Of a DNA stretch of 64,000 nucleotides, positions 1 through 9,000 are shown piece by piece; positions within the stretch are counted from its first letter, which is position 1, and every line of letters starts with the position of its first letter. The notes below the pieces were generated by a model. That model was not told the DNA's origin, searched no databases, and worked only from the letters and a program-made list of their open reading frames with translations. The DNA lies in the IMG/VR virus record IMGVR_UViG_3300045988_129435. One strand, given 5' to 3'. This DNA comes from a virus. A program made the translations under genes and the position numbers.

Positions 1-1090
1 CTTCATTAACTGTTCCGTCTTTATAAACATAAGTAAACAATAAGGCTAAATTATCATTTGCTTTTGTGAGGTGGATAGAATTTCCAGTAAGCTCAAATAT
101 AAAATCAGTATTATTACTACTAGCCATTTTATCCCAAGTTTTATTAGCACCAAACACAACCGGATAGCTATTGATACCACTCTCCCCTTCCCAACCGATA
201 TTGTTTAACTGGATGTTGTGACCTCCTACAAAGTCGATCAACTGATCGTTAAACTCTGCATGGTTCTCGTTGGTGATACCCTGCTTCTTGATGTTGTAGT
301 ACAACTGAGGCTTGATGATCTGTCCCGAACGGTCAAGGTTATAGTAGGCGATGATCTGATTGATTTCGTCAGTGGTCAGAACTTTATTAGCGATGAATCC
401 TCCTGCGTAGGCAATTTTAACACATTTTCGAGGAACATTATTTGTATCAAGATATCCGATAACTGAAAAATAATCAGCAACTCCAGCAGCTGTAGGATAG
501 CTAGCAGTGAAATCATTCTTATCTCCTAAAATATCATTGACAACCGTAACATTTCCTATCTCGTTAATACTTGGGGACGTATATCCACAAATATAATATT
601 TGCCATTAAGGCCATTCCTTTCGAACATATTATTCCGGATAAACCTTTTGCCCAATACATTGACATGATCAGAGCCTATATCGGAAATATAGTTAATTAT
701 GCTAATGACAGTACATTCCTTGCTATCTCCTATCATTTCGTCAACGGTCTTTTCGCTGACGATCATGTCGTCTACTCCGTCTGTACATAGCCAGCCTTCG
801 AAGTCGGTTCCCGGTAATCCATACCCACTGCCCTCCGTAAATCCGAAGTTCAGCAGGCGCATGTCATTCCCGTTTGGTGTCAAGTCCTTCAAAACAGCCC
901 GGTCAGGGTCGTCGTTTGTCTTGCCCCAGGTGGATATAGCCATCTTGACGTGGCTGAGTAGTTCGGGGTCGATGTAGGGACGACCGGAGCCCGAAGAAGC
1001 TACCGGAACTCCCAAGCGTATCGCATTCATGCGAATAGGATCAAGCCCTATCGCATCAAGCTTAATTGGATTTAATCCTATTGCGTTCAT
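1..1090 (-). CDS. hypothetical protein in tail-fibre region; 3' end cut by window edge
   Basis: Hand translation from ATG 1088-1090 (MNAIGLNPIKLDAIGLDPIRMNAIRLG...) stays open to position 1. TAATG overlap with the stop of the upstream ORF. Absent from the ORF track because it has no stop in the window. Confidence 0.5.
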   Translation of the reverse strand, partial: MNAIGLNPIKLDAIGLDPIRMNAIRLGVPVASSGSGRPYIDPELLSHVKMAISTWGKTNDDPDRAVLKDLTPNGNDMRLLNFGFTEGSGYGLPGTDFEGWLCTDGVDDMIVSEKTVDEMIGDSKECTVISIINYISDIGSDHVNVLGKRFIRNNMFERNGLNGKYYICGYTSPSINEIGNVTVVNDILGDKNDFTASYPTAAGVADYFSVIGYLDTNNVPRKCVKIAYAGGFIANKVLTTDEINQIIAYYNLDRSGQIIKPQLYYNIKKQGITNENHAEFNDQLIDFVGGHNIQLNNIGWEGESGINSYPVVFGANKTWDKMASSNNTDFIFELTGNSIHLTKANDNLALLFTYVYKDGTVNE

Positions 1091-1371
1091 TACTCTTCTG
1101 ATTCAAAAATAGAAGCCTTTACCGGTTCCGTTTCACATTCGATTTTAAGATACTGTCCGGGGATACAACCGACAACCGGACAAGCAAACACTTTTGTATA
1201 GCCTCTACTCGGCAGTGGAGAGTAATTCTGCCCGTCATAGCTTATATACACCCAAAGTTTACCGCCTTTTTCAAATGTAATCTGCAATCCTACTTCCGCA
1301 GAATTTACCTGAACGGCATCGCTTACATAATTCTTCGCACCCTTCGTAAAGGTTATAGCTGTTTCTTTCAT
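1090..1371 (-). CDS. hypothetical protein (93 aa)
   Basis: ORF track; GGAGG 8 nt upstream of the ATG; tightly packed after the endolysin gene. Confidence 0.5.
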   Translation of the reverse strand: MKETAITFTKGAKNYVSDAVQVNSAEVGLQITFEKGGKLWVYISYDGQNYSPLPSRGYTKVFACPVVGCIPGQYLKIECETEPVKASIFESEE

Positions 1372-1382
1372 GATTATTCCTC

Positions 1383-1889
1383 CTATTTTTTTGCTGTTAT
1401 CACTGTATTTCGTAAAAAATTCGGATACTCTGCCCGCACATCAAAACAAGGACACGCCTTGATAAATTCTGCCGGTTCCACCTCACCCGATCCATCCAGA
1501 TCAGGTGAAGCATCCCGATGACCGAGCAGCTCGATGATATCATACTCTTTACAGAGCTTCGCTATCAATTCGCGCAATGCTGTTTTTTGCTCGACAGTAC
1601 GAGTATCGGCCGGTCTTCCACTCGCGTCCAGACCACCGATGTAGCAGATACCGATACTGTGTTTATTATAACTAATACCGGAAAAACCTTTTGTGTTACA
1701 ATGCGCTCCGTCAATGGATAATGACCGGCCGTTTTCTACGGTACCATCTAAATCAATTACAAAGTTATAGCCAATTTGATTAAAGCCACGCGCCCGGTGC
1801 ATCCGGTCAATATCCTTAGCTCGCAAGTCTTGCCCGGCAAGTGTTGCCGAGCAGTGAATGATGATTGAGTCTATATCTTCTCTTTTCAT
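1383..1889 (-). CDS. N-acetylmuramoyl-L-alanine amidase (Amidase_2/PGRP-type endolysin)
   Basis: IIIHCSAT...DIDRMHRARGF..IGYNFVI..DGTV..GR...GAHC...GHRD, typical zinc-amidase endolysin motifs; GGAGG before the start. Confidence 0.9.
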   Translation of the reverse strand: MKREDIDSIIIHCSATLAGQDLRAKDIDRMHRARGFNQIGYNFVIDLDGTVENGRSLSIDGAHCNTKGFSGISYNKHSIGICYIGGLDASGRPADTRTVEQKTALRELIAKLCKEYDIIELLGHRDASPDLDGSGEVEPAEFIKACPCFDVRAEYPNFLRNTVITAKK

Positions 1890-1901
1890 ATACTTTTCCT
1901 C

Positions 1902-2171
1902 CTATAAAATTAATGTTAATACTCCCAACGCCAAACCTCCGCAATCACAGATAATATCCTTGATGGAAAACTCGCTTTTCTTACAATACTTGTCGTATAT
2001 TTCCTTCAGAATAAAGATCGCAACGGTTATAGCGACCGCTAACCATAGCGGAATATATTTTGATAGCCACATAACCAAATTCTGGCATACTATAATGTGG
2101 GCTATGCCGTCTATGCCTATCATGGATAGAAGCTTGCCGGCTAATGCGCTGATTTTATTTATCATATTCAT
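1902..2171 (-). CDS. small membrane protein, holin candidate
   Basis: 89 aa with 2-3 hydrophobic segments, directly upstream of the endolysin. Confidence 0.45.
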   Translation of the reverse strand: MNMINKISALAGKLLSMIGIDGIAHIIVCQNLVMWLSKYIPLWLAVAITVAIFILKEIYDKYCKKSEFSIKDIICDCGGLALGVLTLIL

Positions 2172-2190
2172 TTTCTATTTTATAATTTAT

Positions 2191-2198
2191 TACTTTTG
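2191..2198 (+). promoter_or_regulatory. -7 box TACTTTTG (TAnnTTTG)
   Basis: Plus-strand match to the Bacteroidota -7 consensus, 17 nt upstream of ATG 2216. Confidence 0.45.
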
Positions 2199-2215
2199 CA
2201 AAAAATGATACACCT

Positions 2216-2668
2216 ATGGATATTTCAGAATTAATAAAAAGCTATAACGCTGAACAAAAGAATGTATTTACAGGATTTTGCATACAACTGCCACTATGCT
2301 TTTCTATTTTGTATTTATATATACCAGAGTTTAAATCTCTCGATGTATATTTGCAAATCATATTTACGGCAACTTCTTCTATATTATCCATTTACTTTTC
2401 TTTTATATGGTTATGTCTATGTTCTTCTATATCAAAAAGAAGATACAAACTAGAAGCCTTTATACTAATTCTTCCCATATTAGTGACATCGTCTAAATTA
2501 CTTATATCTCCTTCAGATTACATCCTAGGATATGAACATGCTTTAACTACGTTTCTTCAAGCTTCTGCGATTCTTTACACTCCTTTTGCCATTTTTGGGC
2601 TTATTCTCCGCAAATGCATAGAGTATGATAAAAAGCAAAAAGGGAAGAACATAAATAATAGTGTATAA
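2216..2668 (+). CDS. multi-pass membrane protein on the opposite strand (moron-like)
   Basis: 150 aa with at least 4 hydrophobic segments and a Lys-rich tail; AT-rich; only plus-strand gene in the lysis cassette; has its own -7 box. Confidence 0.55.
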   Translation: MDISELIKSYNAEQKNVFTGFCIQLPLCFSILYLYIPEFKSLDVYLQIIFTATSSILSIYFSFIWLCLCSSISKRRYKLEAFILILPILVTSSKLLISPSDYILGYEHALTTFLQASAILYTPFAIFGLILRKCIEYDKKQKGKNINNSV

Positions 2669-2676
2669 ATTCATAC

Positions 2677-3138
2677 TTACTTCTCCTTTTCTATAATCTC
2701 CTTCACATCTTCTTTATCAACCTTGAACACCTTCTTTCCAAAGACTCCCAAAGCTCCAATTACATTTATATTGATCCCCTTTGGTTTCAATATATTGCCG
2801 ACAATCGAACACCCTTCAATAAAGCATACCAATAAGCAGGAATATACATCGATAGGATATTCGCTATGACTTGCCACAGTGATCATGCAGACCATGCAGA
2901 CAAAAGCAAAATAAGTAACCATCTTTCCCATAGTAGCGCGAATTGCACGAGAGAATCTGACTTTTTCACCCATTAGCATACTTTTTCTGACACCGAAGAG
3001 AAGATCACAAAGGATTACCGCGCATGATACAATCAGCCACGGAATCATATTCTGCAATGACTCGGAAACAAATGCGGTAGCGATTGCCGCAAATCCGCCT
3101 GTAGTTGTATGTACTATAGCTTCCTTCATAGCAAACAA
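2677..3138 (-). CDS. phage holin-family membrane protein
   Basis: 153 aa, 3-4 TM segments (WLIVSCAVILCDLLFG..., MVTYFAFVCMVCMI), charged C-terminal tail; resembles LL-H/holin_4-type holins; sits in the lysis module. Confidence 0.55.
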   Translation of the reverse strand: MFAMKEAIVHTTTGGFAAIATAFVSESLQNMIPWLIVSCAVILCDLLFGVRKSMLMGEKVRFSRAIRATMGKMVTYFAFVCMVCMITVASHSEYPIDVYSCLLVCFIEGCSIVGNILKPKGININVIGALGVFGKKVFKVDKEDVKEIIEKEK

Positions 3139-3623
3139 GTCAAGTAAACGGTTAGCAATGAAATTAACTCAATCCAGAACATCGATTTGCATGCCGTCAG
3201 GTCCCATATAAGGTTTCCGGACCAATTCTTGACTACAAACGTTATCGCGTAGATCAGAAATGCAGCCCATAGCAGCAGCCAATACCACGAATTGCATCCT
3301 ACCCATATTTGGGAGAATACAAGCGACATCACCGCGCCGGCTATATGAGCTTTCTTGTGTGCTCCTTTAAAATTCGGGGATACTCCCAATACAATCATTC
3401 CGACTACAGAAAGAAAGATCAGGAACTGACTGTTTTCTGTACTTGCATCCAATGCGGCCGGAAGCAACAACAAAGACGGGAGAATCATGCATATACCGAA
3501 CCAATACCTGTTACTCAGAATGTAATAGGTATCGGAAATAGAATAAGGGATACCCTTTGTCTTGTAAATCATCACACCAACATAAGATGCGAAAACCAAT
3601 AATGATAGTATTGCCAAAATCAT
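3126..3623 (-). CDS. integral membrane protein (165 aa)
   Basis: Five or more hydrophobic segments; overlaps the holin start; lysis-module position. Confidence 0.5.
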   Translation of the reverse strand: MILAILSLLVFASYVGVMIYKTKGIPYSISDTYYILSNRYWFGICMILPSLLLLPAALDASTENSQFLIFLSVVGMIVLGVSPNFKGAHKKAHIAGAVMSLVFSQIWVGCNSWYWLLLWAAFLIYAITFVVKNWSGNLIWDLTACKSMFWIELISLLTVYLTCLL

Positions 3624-3635
3624 AGTTTTATCTGT

Positions 3636-4205
3636 TTATAATGAAAACTCTAGTTTATTCGGATAACCGGTCTTGTAGTTGTAAGACTCGACTTCCTCTC
3701 CCGTCTGCAATCCCCGAACGAAAGCAATATGCTGCTGCGTCACATTATAGCAATCAAGAGCATATAACTCTAATGAGTTCAGCATAAGGAGAGCACTTGA
3801 AACAGGTATCGTATACTTTACCGCATCAAACCATAAAACGGTATCCAGTCTTCCGGCCTGCTTCTCAATATTGATTGAGTTAACAAGACCTACGCGGTCC
3901 TCTTTGGTAAGCCACATTCTCTTTCCGGAGAGAGTGAATGAATTCACAGCGTCTGACTTGTCATAAGCATTAATATCCGCTATCTTCATCTCTTTTAGTT
4001 CATCAAGGGTATACTCATGATCAACCAATACGGGATAGCCGCTTTCGTTCTCCCTTATTTCCTTTCCGGATGACTGACCGTCCAGCAACTCCTGCCAGTA
4101 TTCTTCCGTTATCTCTACTGAACCTTCTTGTGGCTCATCGTAGAATCCTTGTTTCCAATATTTTGCCATAATATTATTTATTTCCAACGCCCAACGGCTA
4201 TCCAA
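3636..4205 (-). CDS. tail-fibre-associated protein, DUF4376-like C-terminus
   Basis: 189 aa; the C-terminal region (KIADINAYDKSDAVNSF...LELYALDCYNVTQQH) resembles the DUF4376 domain seen next to phage fibres. Confidence 0.4.
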   Translation of the reverse strand: MDSRWALEINNIMAKYWKQGFYDEPQEGSVEITEEYWQELLDGQSSGKEIRENESGYPVLVDHEYTLDELKEMKIADINAYDKSDAVNSFTLSGKRMWLTKEDRVGLVNSINIEKQAGRLDTVLWFDAVKYTIPVSSALLMLNSLELYALDCYNVTQQHIAFVRGLQTGEEVESYNYKTGYPNKLEFSL

Positions 4206-4579
4206 TAAAAAGGATTAGTTCCCGCGCCAGTACCATTACTATCCCCAACGGTATATCTACTACGTATTCTAAAAAGGTTTGTACCTACCGATATTATAAA
4301 ACCAGAAACAACATTCATACCGCTGCCCGGTTCGTAGTAGGTAATCACAGGAACATAACTGGTATTATAAAATGATAGTGGTAAATACACATAGGTGTCG
4401 TTGCTTGAGCTTGACTTGTATCCCCACTGAATCAATAAACCATTATTAAACTTAGCATATCCGTTCATGCCCAAGGATACAGTCATAGCGTTAGACAAGT
4501 CTGCCTTTGCCAAGTCGGGAATCATGTTCAGCAATTCTACAACTCTATCCCCTGTAAATCCGCTATTATAATCACTCAT
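4178..4579 (-). CDS. tail-fibre tip-like protein
   Basis: 133 aa; GLLIQWGY...YWIAVGRW resembles gp53-like fibre C-terminal domains; position distal to the fibre. Confidence 0.4.
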   Translation of the reverse strand: MSDYNSGFTGDRVVELLNMIPDLAKADLSNAMTVSLGMNGYAKFNNGLLIQWGYKSSSSNDTYVYLPLSFYNTSYVPVITYYEPGSGMNVVSGFIISVGTNLFRIRSRYTVGDSNGTGAGTNPFYWIAVGRWK

Positions 4580-4848
4580 GCAAACTCTTTTTTAATCACA
4601 TTAAACGTACTTCCATCTGACAACAAGAAACGTCCTTCAGCAACAGCAAATGCCTGTCTCTTGCCTATTTGGGAGATGGTAGTGGAGACAGATGCCTGTA
4701 CTCCACTATTAGTTGTCCTAAACACAACAGTCTGCTCCCTGTCGAGTCCTTCGTTGGCAACATCGCTTGACACGCTTGCGGTTCCATTTGAACCGGGAGT
4801 GATAACGATGTTGCCTTTTCCTTCTTTCCAAGGAATCTGCATGCTCAT
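4576..4848 (-). CDS. hypothetical protein with BACON-like C-terminal half
   Basis: ATG at 4846-4848 overlaps the TAA of the upstream gene (TAATG). IPWKEGKGNIVITPGSNG...NEGLDREQTVVFRT resembles the second half of a BACON/Ig domain. Confidence 0.45.
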   Translation of the reverse strand: MSMQIPWKEGKGNIVITPGSNGTASVSSDVANEGLDREQTVVFRTTNSGVQASVSTTISQIGKRQAFAVAEGRFLLSDGSTFNVIKKEFA

Positions 4849-5456
4849 TATGCGGCAGTCCAAGAAGTGTTAGACGTAACATTGACGGATACAGCAAATC
4901 CACTCTGAGGAATAATAATTTCCGTCGGAGAAACAGACAATGTAGCATCACCGGCAGCCTGTTTGATAGCAATCTGAGCAGCCTGTCCTCCATTCGCTGT
5001 TACCTTTAAGGTTCTAACGACCTCTTCGATAGTATCGTTTTTAGGAAATTCCAACTCGATAGAGAAAGGAAATTCCGCAGTAGCCCCCGGGTCACCGGTA
5101 ATAGTAGCCGCATTGTTAGTCTGAGTTCCATTCGCGCTATACTTTGTAGGCAACGTTACATCTGTTACGCTTCCCGCCCACGCAAACGTCAATTTCGAAG
5201 AGTTTGTTTTACCCTCGACGGTCACTGTTCCTGCTGTTTTAGGAGCAGACATCTCAGAACCATTATCAAAGGAAGCAAACTCAGACTTCGGTGACTGAGT
5301 TACCTTATAGGTCGAAGGAGTGGATACACCGACACCGGTCACCGTTACTGTTCCTGTACGGGCAGTACGCCCTGTGTGAGCGTCTGCGCTATTTGCAATT
5401 GTCCCGTTACCTGATCCGGTAGACGGATTTAACTTTAACCAACTAGGTTTTGCCAT
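4848..5456 (-). CDS. Ig/BACON-like repeat surface protein
   Basis: 202 aa, Thr/Ser/Gly-rich. SWLKLNPSTGSGNGTI...GRTARTGTVTVTG and a C-terminal ...VSVNVTSNTSWTAA resemble BACON segments. Confidence 0.5.
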   Translation of the reverse strand: MAKPSWLKLNPSTGSGNGTIANSADAHTGRTARTGTVTVTGVGVSTPSTYKVTQSPKSEFASFDNGSEMSAPKTAGTVTVEGKTNSSKLTFAWAGSVTDVTLPTKYSANGTQTNNAATITGDPGATAEFPFSIELEFPKNDTIEEVVRTLKVTANGGQAAQIAIKQAAGDATLSVSPTEIIIPQSGFAVSVNVTSNTSWTAA

Positions 5457-5493
5457 AATACAAAATTTAAATAAAACAATTCAATTAACTATA

Positions 5494-5742
5494 TCATTCT
5501 TCCTGCACAGCATGCCATACCACATTGGACAACACATCGACATTATCCTCAAAGTTGTTCGAAGGCATCAGCCATATGTAATCAGGGTCAACTTTTAAAT
5601 AAGCCTGTTTACCAACATCACAGACAACCCCTATCGACACCTTCATGCCCGTTGCCGAAGCGGAAACCTTCATCTCATCCGCTTTGGCCGAGACATTTCC
5701 AATGCCCTTGACAGCCTCGATATGTACAGATATGCATCCCAT
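5494..5742 (-). CDS. hypothetical protein (82 aa)
   Basis: ORF track; packed in the tail-fibre operon. Confidence 0.45.
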   Translation of the reverse strand: MGCISVHIEAVKGIGNVSAKADEMKVSASATGMKVSIGVVCDVGKQAYLKVDPDYIWLMPSNNFEDNVDVLSNVVWHAVQEE

Positions 5743-5743
5743 T

Positions 5744-6079
5744 TTACACTGTCTTTATACCGGTATTCATCTTATCTACCTCTACTCTTGTTCCGCCTTC
5801 ATAGTCGGAGTCAGGAAGGTAAGCCGTAGTCTCCAGCCAGATTTCCCCCGATCCGATTATCTTTGTGTCTATGTAGCAGGTGTAGCTATTCTCATTGACG
5901 CGGATCATCTCAGACTTCTTTATTATCTGTGACGCATTCGAACAGTAATAGACAAAGAAGCGGCATGAGAAGTCTATATCGTCCATCGTCAATCCAGAAG
6001 GAAGGTCGATGGAGATGACTGTTTTAATTATCGTTCCTTTTACTCGCATATATGTTATTTTTTTTAAGTCTATTTTCAT
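5744..6079 (-). CDS. hypothetical protein (111 aa)
   Basis: ORF track; packed in the tail-fibre operon. Confidence 0.45.
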   Translation of the reverse strand: MKIDLKKITYMRVKGTIIKTVISIDLPSGLTMDDIDFSCRFFVYYCSNASQIIKKSEMIRVNENSYTCYIDTKIIGSGEIWLETTAYLPDSDYEGGTRVEVDKMNTGIKTV

Positions 6080-6090
6080 AAGTTATTATA

Positions 6091-9000
6091 TTATGCCGTT
6101 TTATTCCTTCCTATAACTACGACCTCAAATGCACTATTAATCCATCCCTGGTCTTTATGAAATGTCTTTACTGTAAAAGTATTGGACTGTTTATCGGATA
6201 TTATACAAATAGTCCAATTTTCATTTACCCCTGTAGCTATTATAAAATAATCAGTATGATTTAAATCGTGCCGAAAGACATAGTTACCTGTATCCGTCCT
6301 GCTGACACTCATATAACACCCATCCCCCCATCTGTTTGATATACCACCTGCTCCTGTGATGCGTCCAGCCCATAACGCTCCCGGAGCATTCCATTTTTCG
6401 CCTTTTCTCTGAATAAATTCATGCGATCCAGCGCTTGAAATCGCATTAGATGCTCCATTACCAAGAATACTTAATACGTCTTTACCCGAACCTCCACTAA
6501 GACTCACAGCAGATCCTTTGTCATTTCTTACTGAAAGTAGCGCAGCAGCAGGATTTCTCATTCCATACTCATTTATGCGAAGGAAATGAACACCATCCTC
6601 TTCAATTAAGATTGATCCATTCTCATTTAGAGAAGAAAGCGCATCACCCTCAATTTTAAAGCCCGCTATTTTCCCACCATCGGCCTCAATAGTTCCTTTG
6701 AATATGTACTTCTTAGTTAACGGATCAAGTTCAAAGACTATCTCATTATCAACCAGTGCGAAAATTCCGGTACGCTTTTCTCCGTCAACTGTGATACAAT
6801 CTCGACCAATAGCAACTCCGGTCAGTTTACCATTGCTATCCTTCGTACCAGAAAACATCTTTGGGGATACGATATACTCCCCGTCAATCTCTGTCTTATT
6901 ATTATTCCATTGTTCGACCCAAGGGAGTAGATTCGCGTCTTTTCCGTCCTCTCCCGGAATACCAGGTTCACCCGGTTTACCATCCTTCCCGTAATGACCA
7001 AAGAGACGATAGTTCTTATACTCTCCCCACTTTCCATCTTGCAGAGTACGCTCACAAGTGTACTCATAAGGATAAGTTTCCGATGCTCCACGAGGATTAT
7101 CCACCCACCAGAGCACATCTTCCCAGTATGTTTCATTAGTCGGAACAATCCCCGAATGCGCCTGAATAGCTACCTTGTATACATCATTGTATTTTACTAT
7201 GTTACCTGCCGAATAGAATTTTGAGCTACTGTATTCAGGAGCATCACCAATGTATTCGTTAACATATTCGTTGGATGCCGGAAGGTCAATAACATTACGC
7301 TTAGACTTTGCAAGCAGGTAAACCTGCTCCTCGGTCTTGGAGTCCGTTGGGAATATGACAGGTTCGCTCCAGGAAGGAGTTGTTTTACCATCAATCACTG
7401 CAGTGGAATACCAACAGGTAGTAGGATCGAGCATACGAAACTTGACTCTGTCCTCGTTACTACTTGTGCTGCTGTCTTTCGTGTATACAATTTCAACAAA
7501 GTGACTGCCGGCTGTAGGCACTGCAATATCCACCACCACATTGGTTACTCCACTTCCCTCCCAGGCATGTTCGTTGGAACTGCTATATGATGTATCAAGG
7601 GCTTCTACGATACCTTTGTCGTAGTTCTGCTCAGATGATACATCAATCTCTATATGTATCATCTGATTAGCTCTTCTTGTCGTAAACGACACTCTTTGCT
7701 TGTATGTCGAGGAATGAGATGTAGGAGATGGAGAGACATAGTAATCACCGTCTTTTGTAAAGTTACCCGAATAAGAGAAGGTAATATCCTCCCGATCCGG
7801 AGAAAGGGACCATCCTGCCGGATTTGCACCGGTAGGCGTAGCAGGCTTTCCGAAAGCATGCTTATACCGTAGCTCCGTATATTTACCCGGTAATCCCTTG
7901 AATCGTATAGGATCACCCCATGTGCCGGAAGAAGCGCTTGAAGCGACCTTCTGAGAAATCCAGACAACATCTTTTGTTGCGTTAGTGTGCCATCCTCCGC
8001 TTGTCCCGCTTCCGGTCGGACGGGATGGTTCATCTTCGCTGTCATGGTATGTAATGAAAACACTCAGGCCATCCGTGCCGTCAGTACCATCTGTTCCGTC
8101 CTGACCGTCCGCAACCATCAACTCCCAAGCAGCGCCGTTATAGATATAGACGATACCATTACTGGTATTGCGATAAGCCCAGTTTTTTTGAGGATTGGCA
8201 GGAGCGCTTGATAAATCCCCTTTCCACGTAATACTGAGCCCGTCTTTACCATCTTCACCATTTATACCGTCAAGCCCCTTCTTCCCGTCTGAGACAACAG
8301 CAATCGTTTCGCGGTCGATCAGTACTACTCCCGATGTTTCATTGTAAAGCCGGAACTGTATCTTATCTGTTATCCCGGAGACGGATATTTGCTTATCCGG
8401 AGTATAGCTAGTCGCATTTCCTGAGTCTATAATATAATCCATTGAGTAGCCAACTGGCAGAGAGGATACGACAGTAGAAGCTCCGTCGGTCTTCATCACC
8501 CGGCAGGATATATTCGAGACATCACTGTTCCCGTCAGCATCTCTCTTTATGATATTGGTCGATGGCTGAAGCGAGTAAATGACCGCGTTCTGACCATTTG
8601 TTCCGTCAGTCCCATCCTCTCCATTCTCCCCCGGCTTCACTTTGTTTATCGATAAATGCAGGGTACGTTCATACTGAGAACCTTTGTATGTTACCCGTCC
8701 CGTTATGGGTATACGAATTACATCAGCCACCGCAGCAGTAATAGCTGTTACCTTAACTATCCCTGTGCTACGATCAGCCGTTGCTGTCACGCCTGTGATG
8801 CTGCCTACAGAAAGAGAATCAAGAGGAAGCTCGGTTGTTCCGTAGAACATAGAGAATGTTGTTGTGACAGGTAAACCGAATACCACCGTCCCGTCCAGAG
8901 AGCAAGCTACAGACTGCATTTCATCGTCAAGATCAGCAGAGATGCTTCCTTCTCCGTCAAGACCATTCTTACCATCCTCAGTCATCACATACCATGCGCC

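Noticed and set aside
4846-4863. Programmed -1 frameshift fusing the 202-aa and 90-aa BACON-like ORFs.
   Set aside because: The junction GCC GCA TAA TGA has no X XXY YYZ slippery heptamer, and the TAATG stop/start overlap is a standard coupling signal. The domain split is reported as a low-interest finding only.
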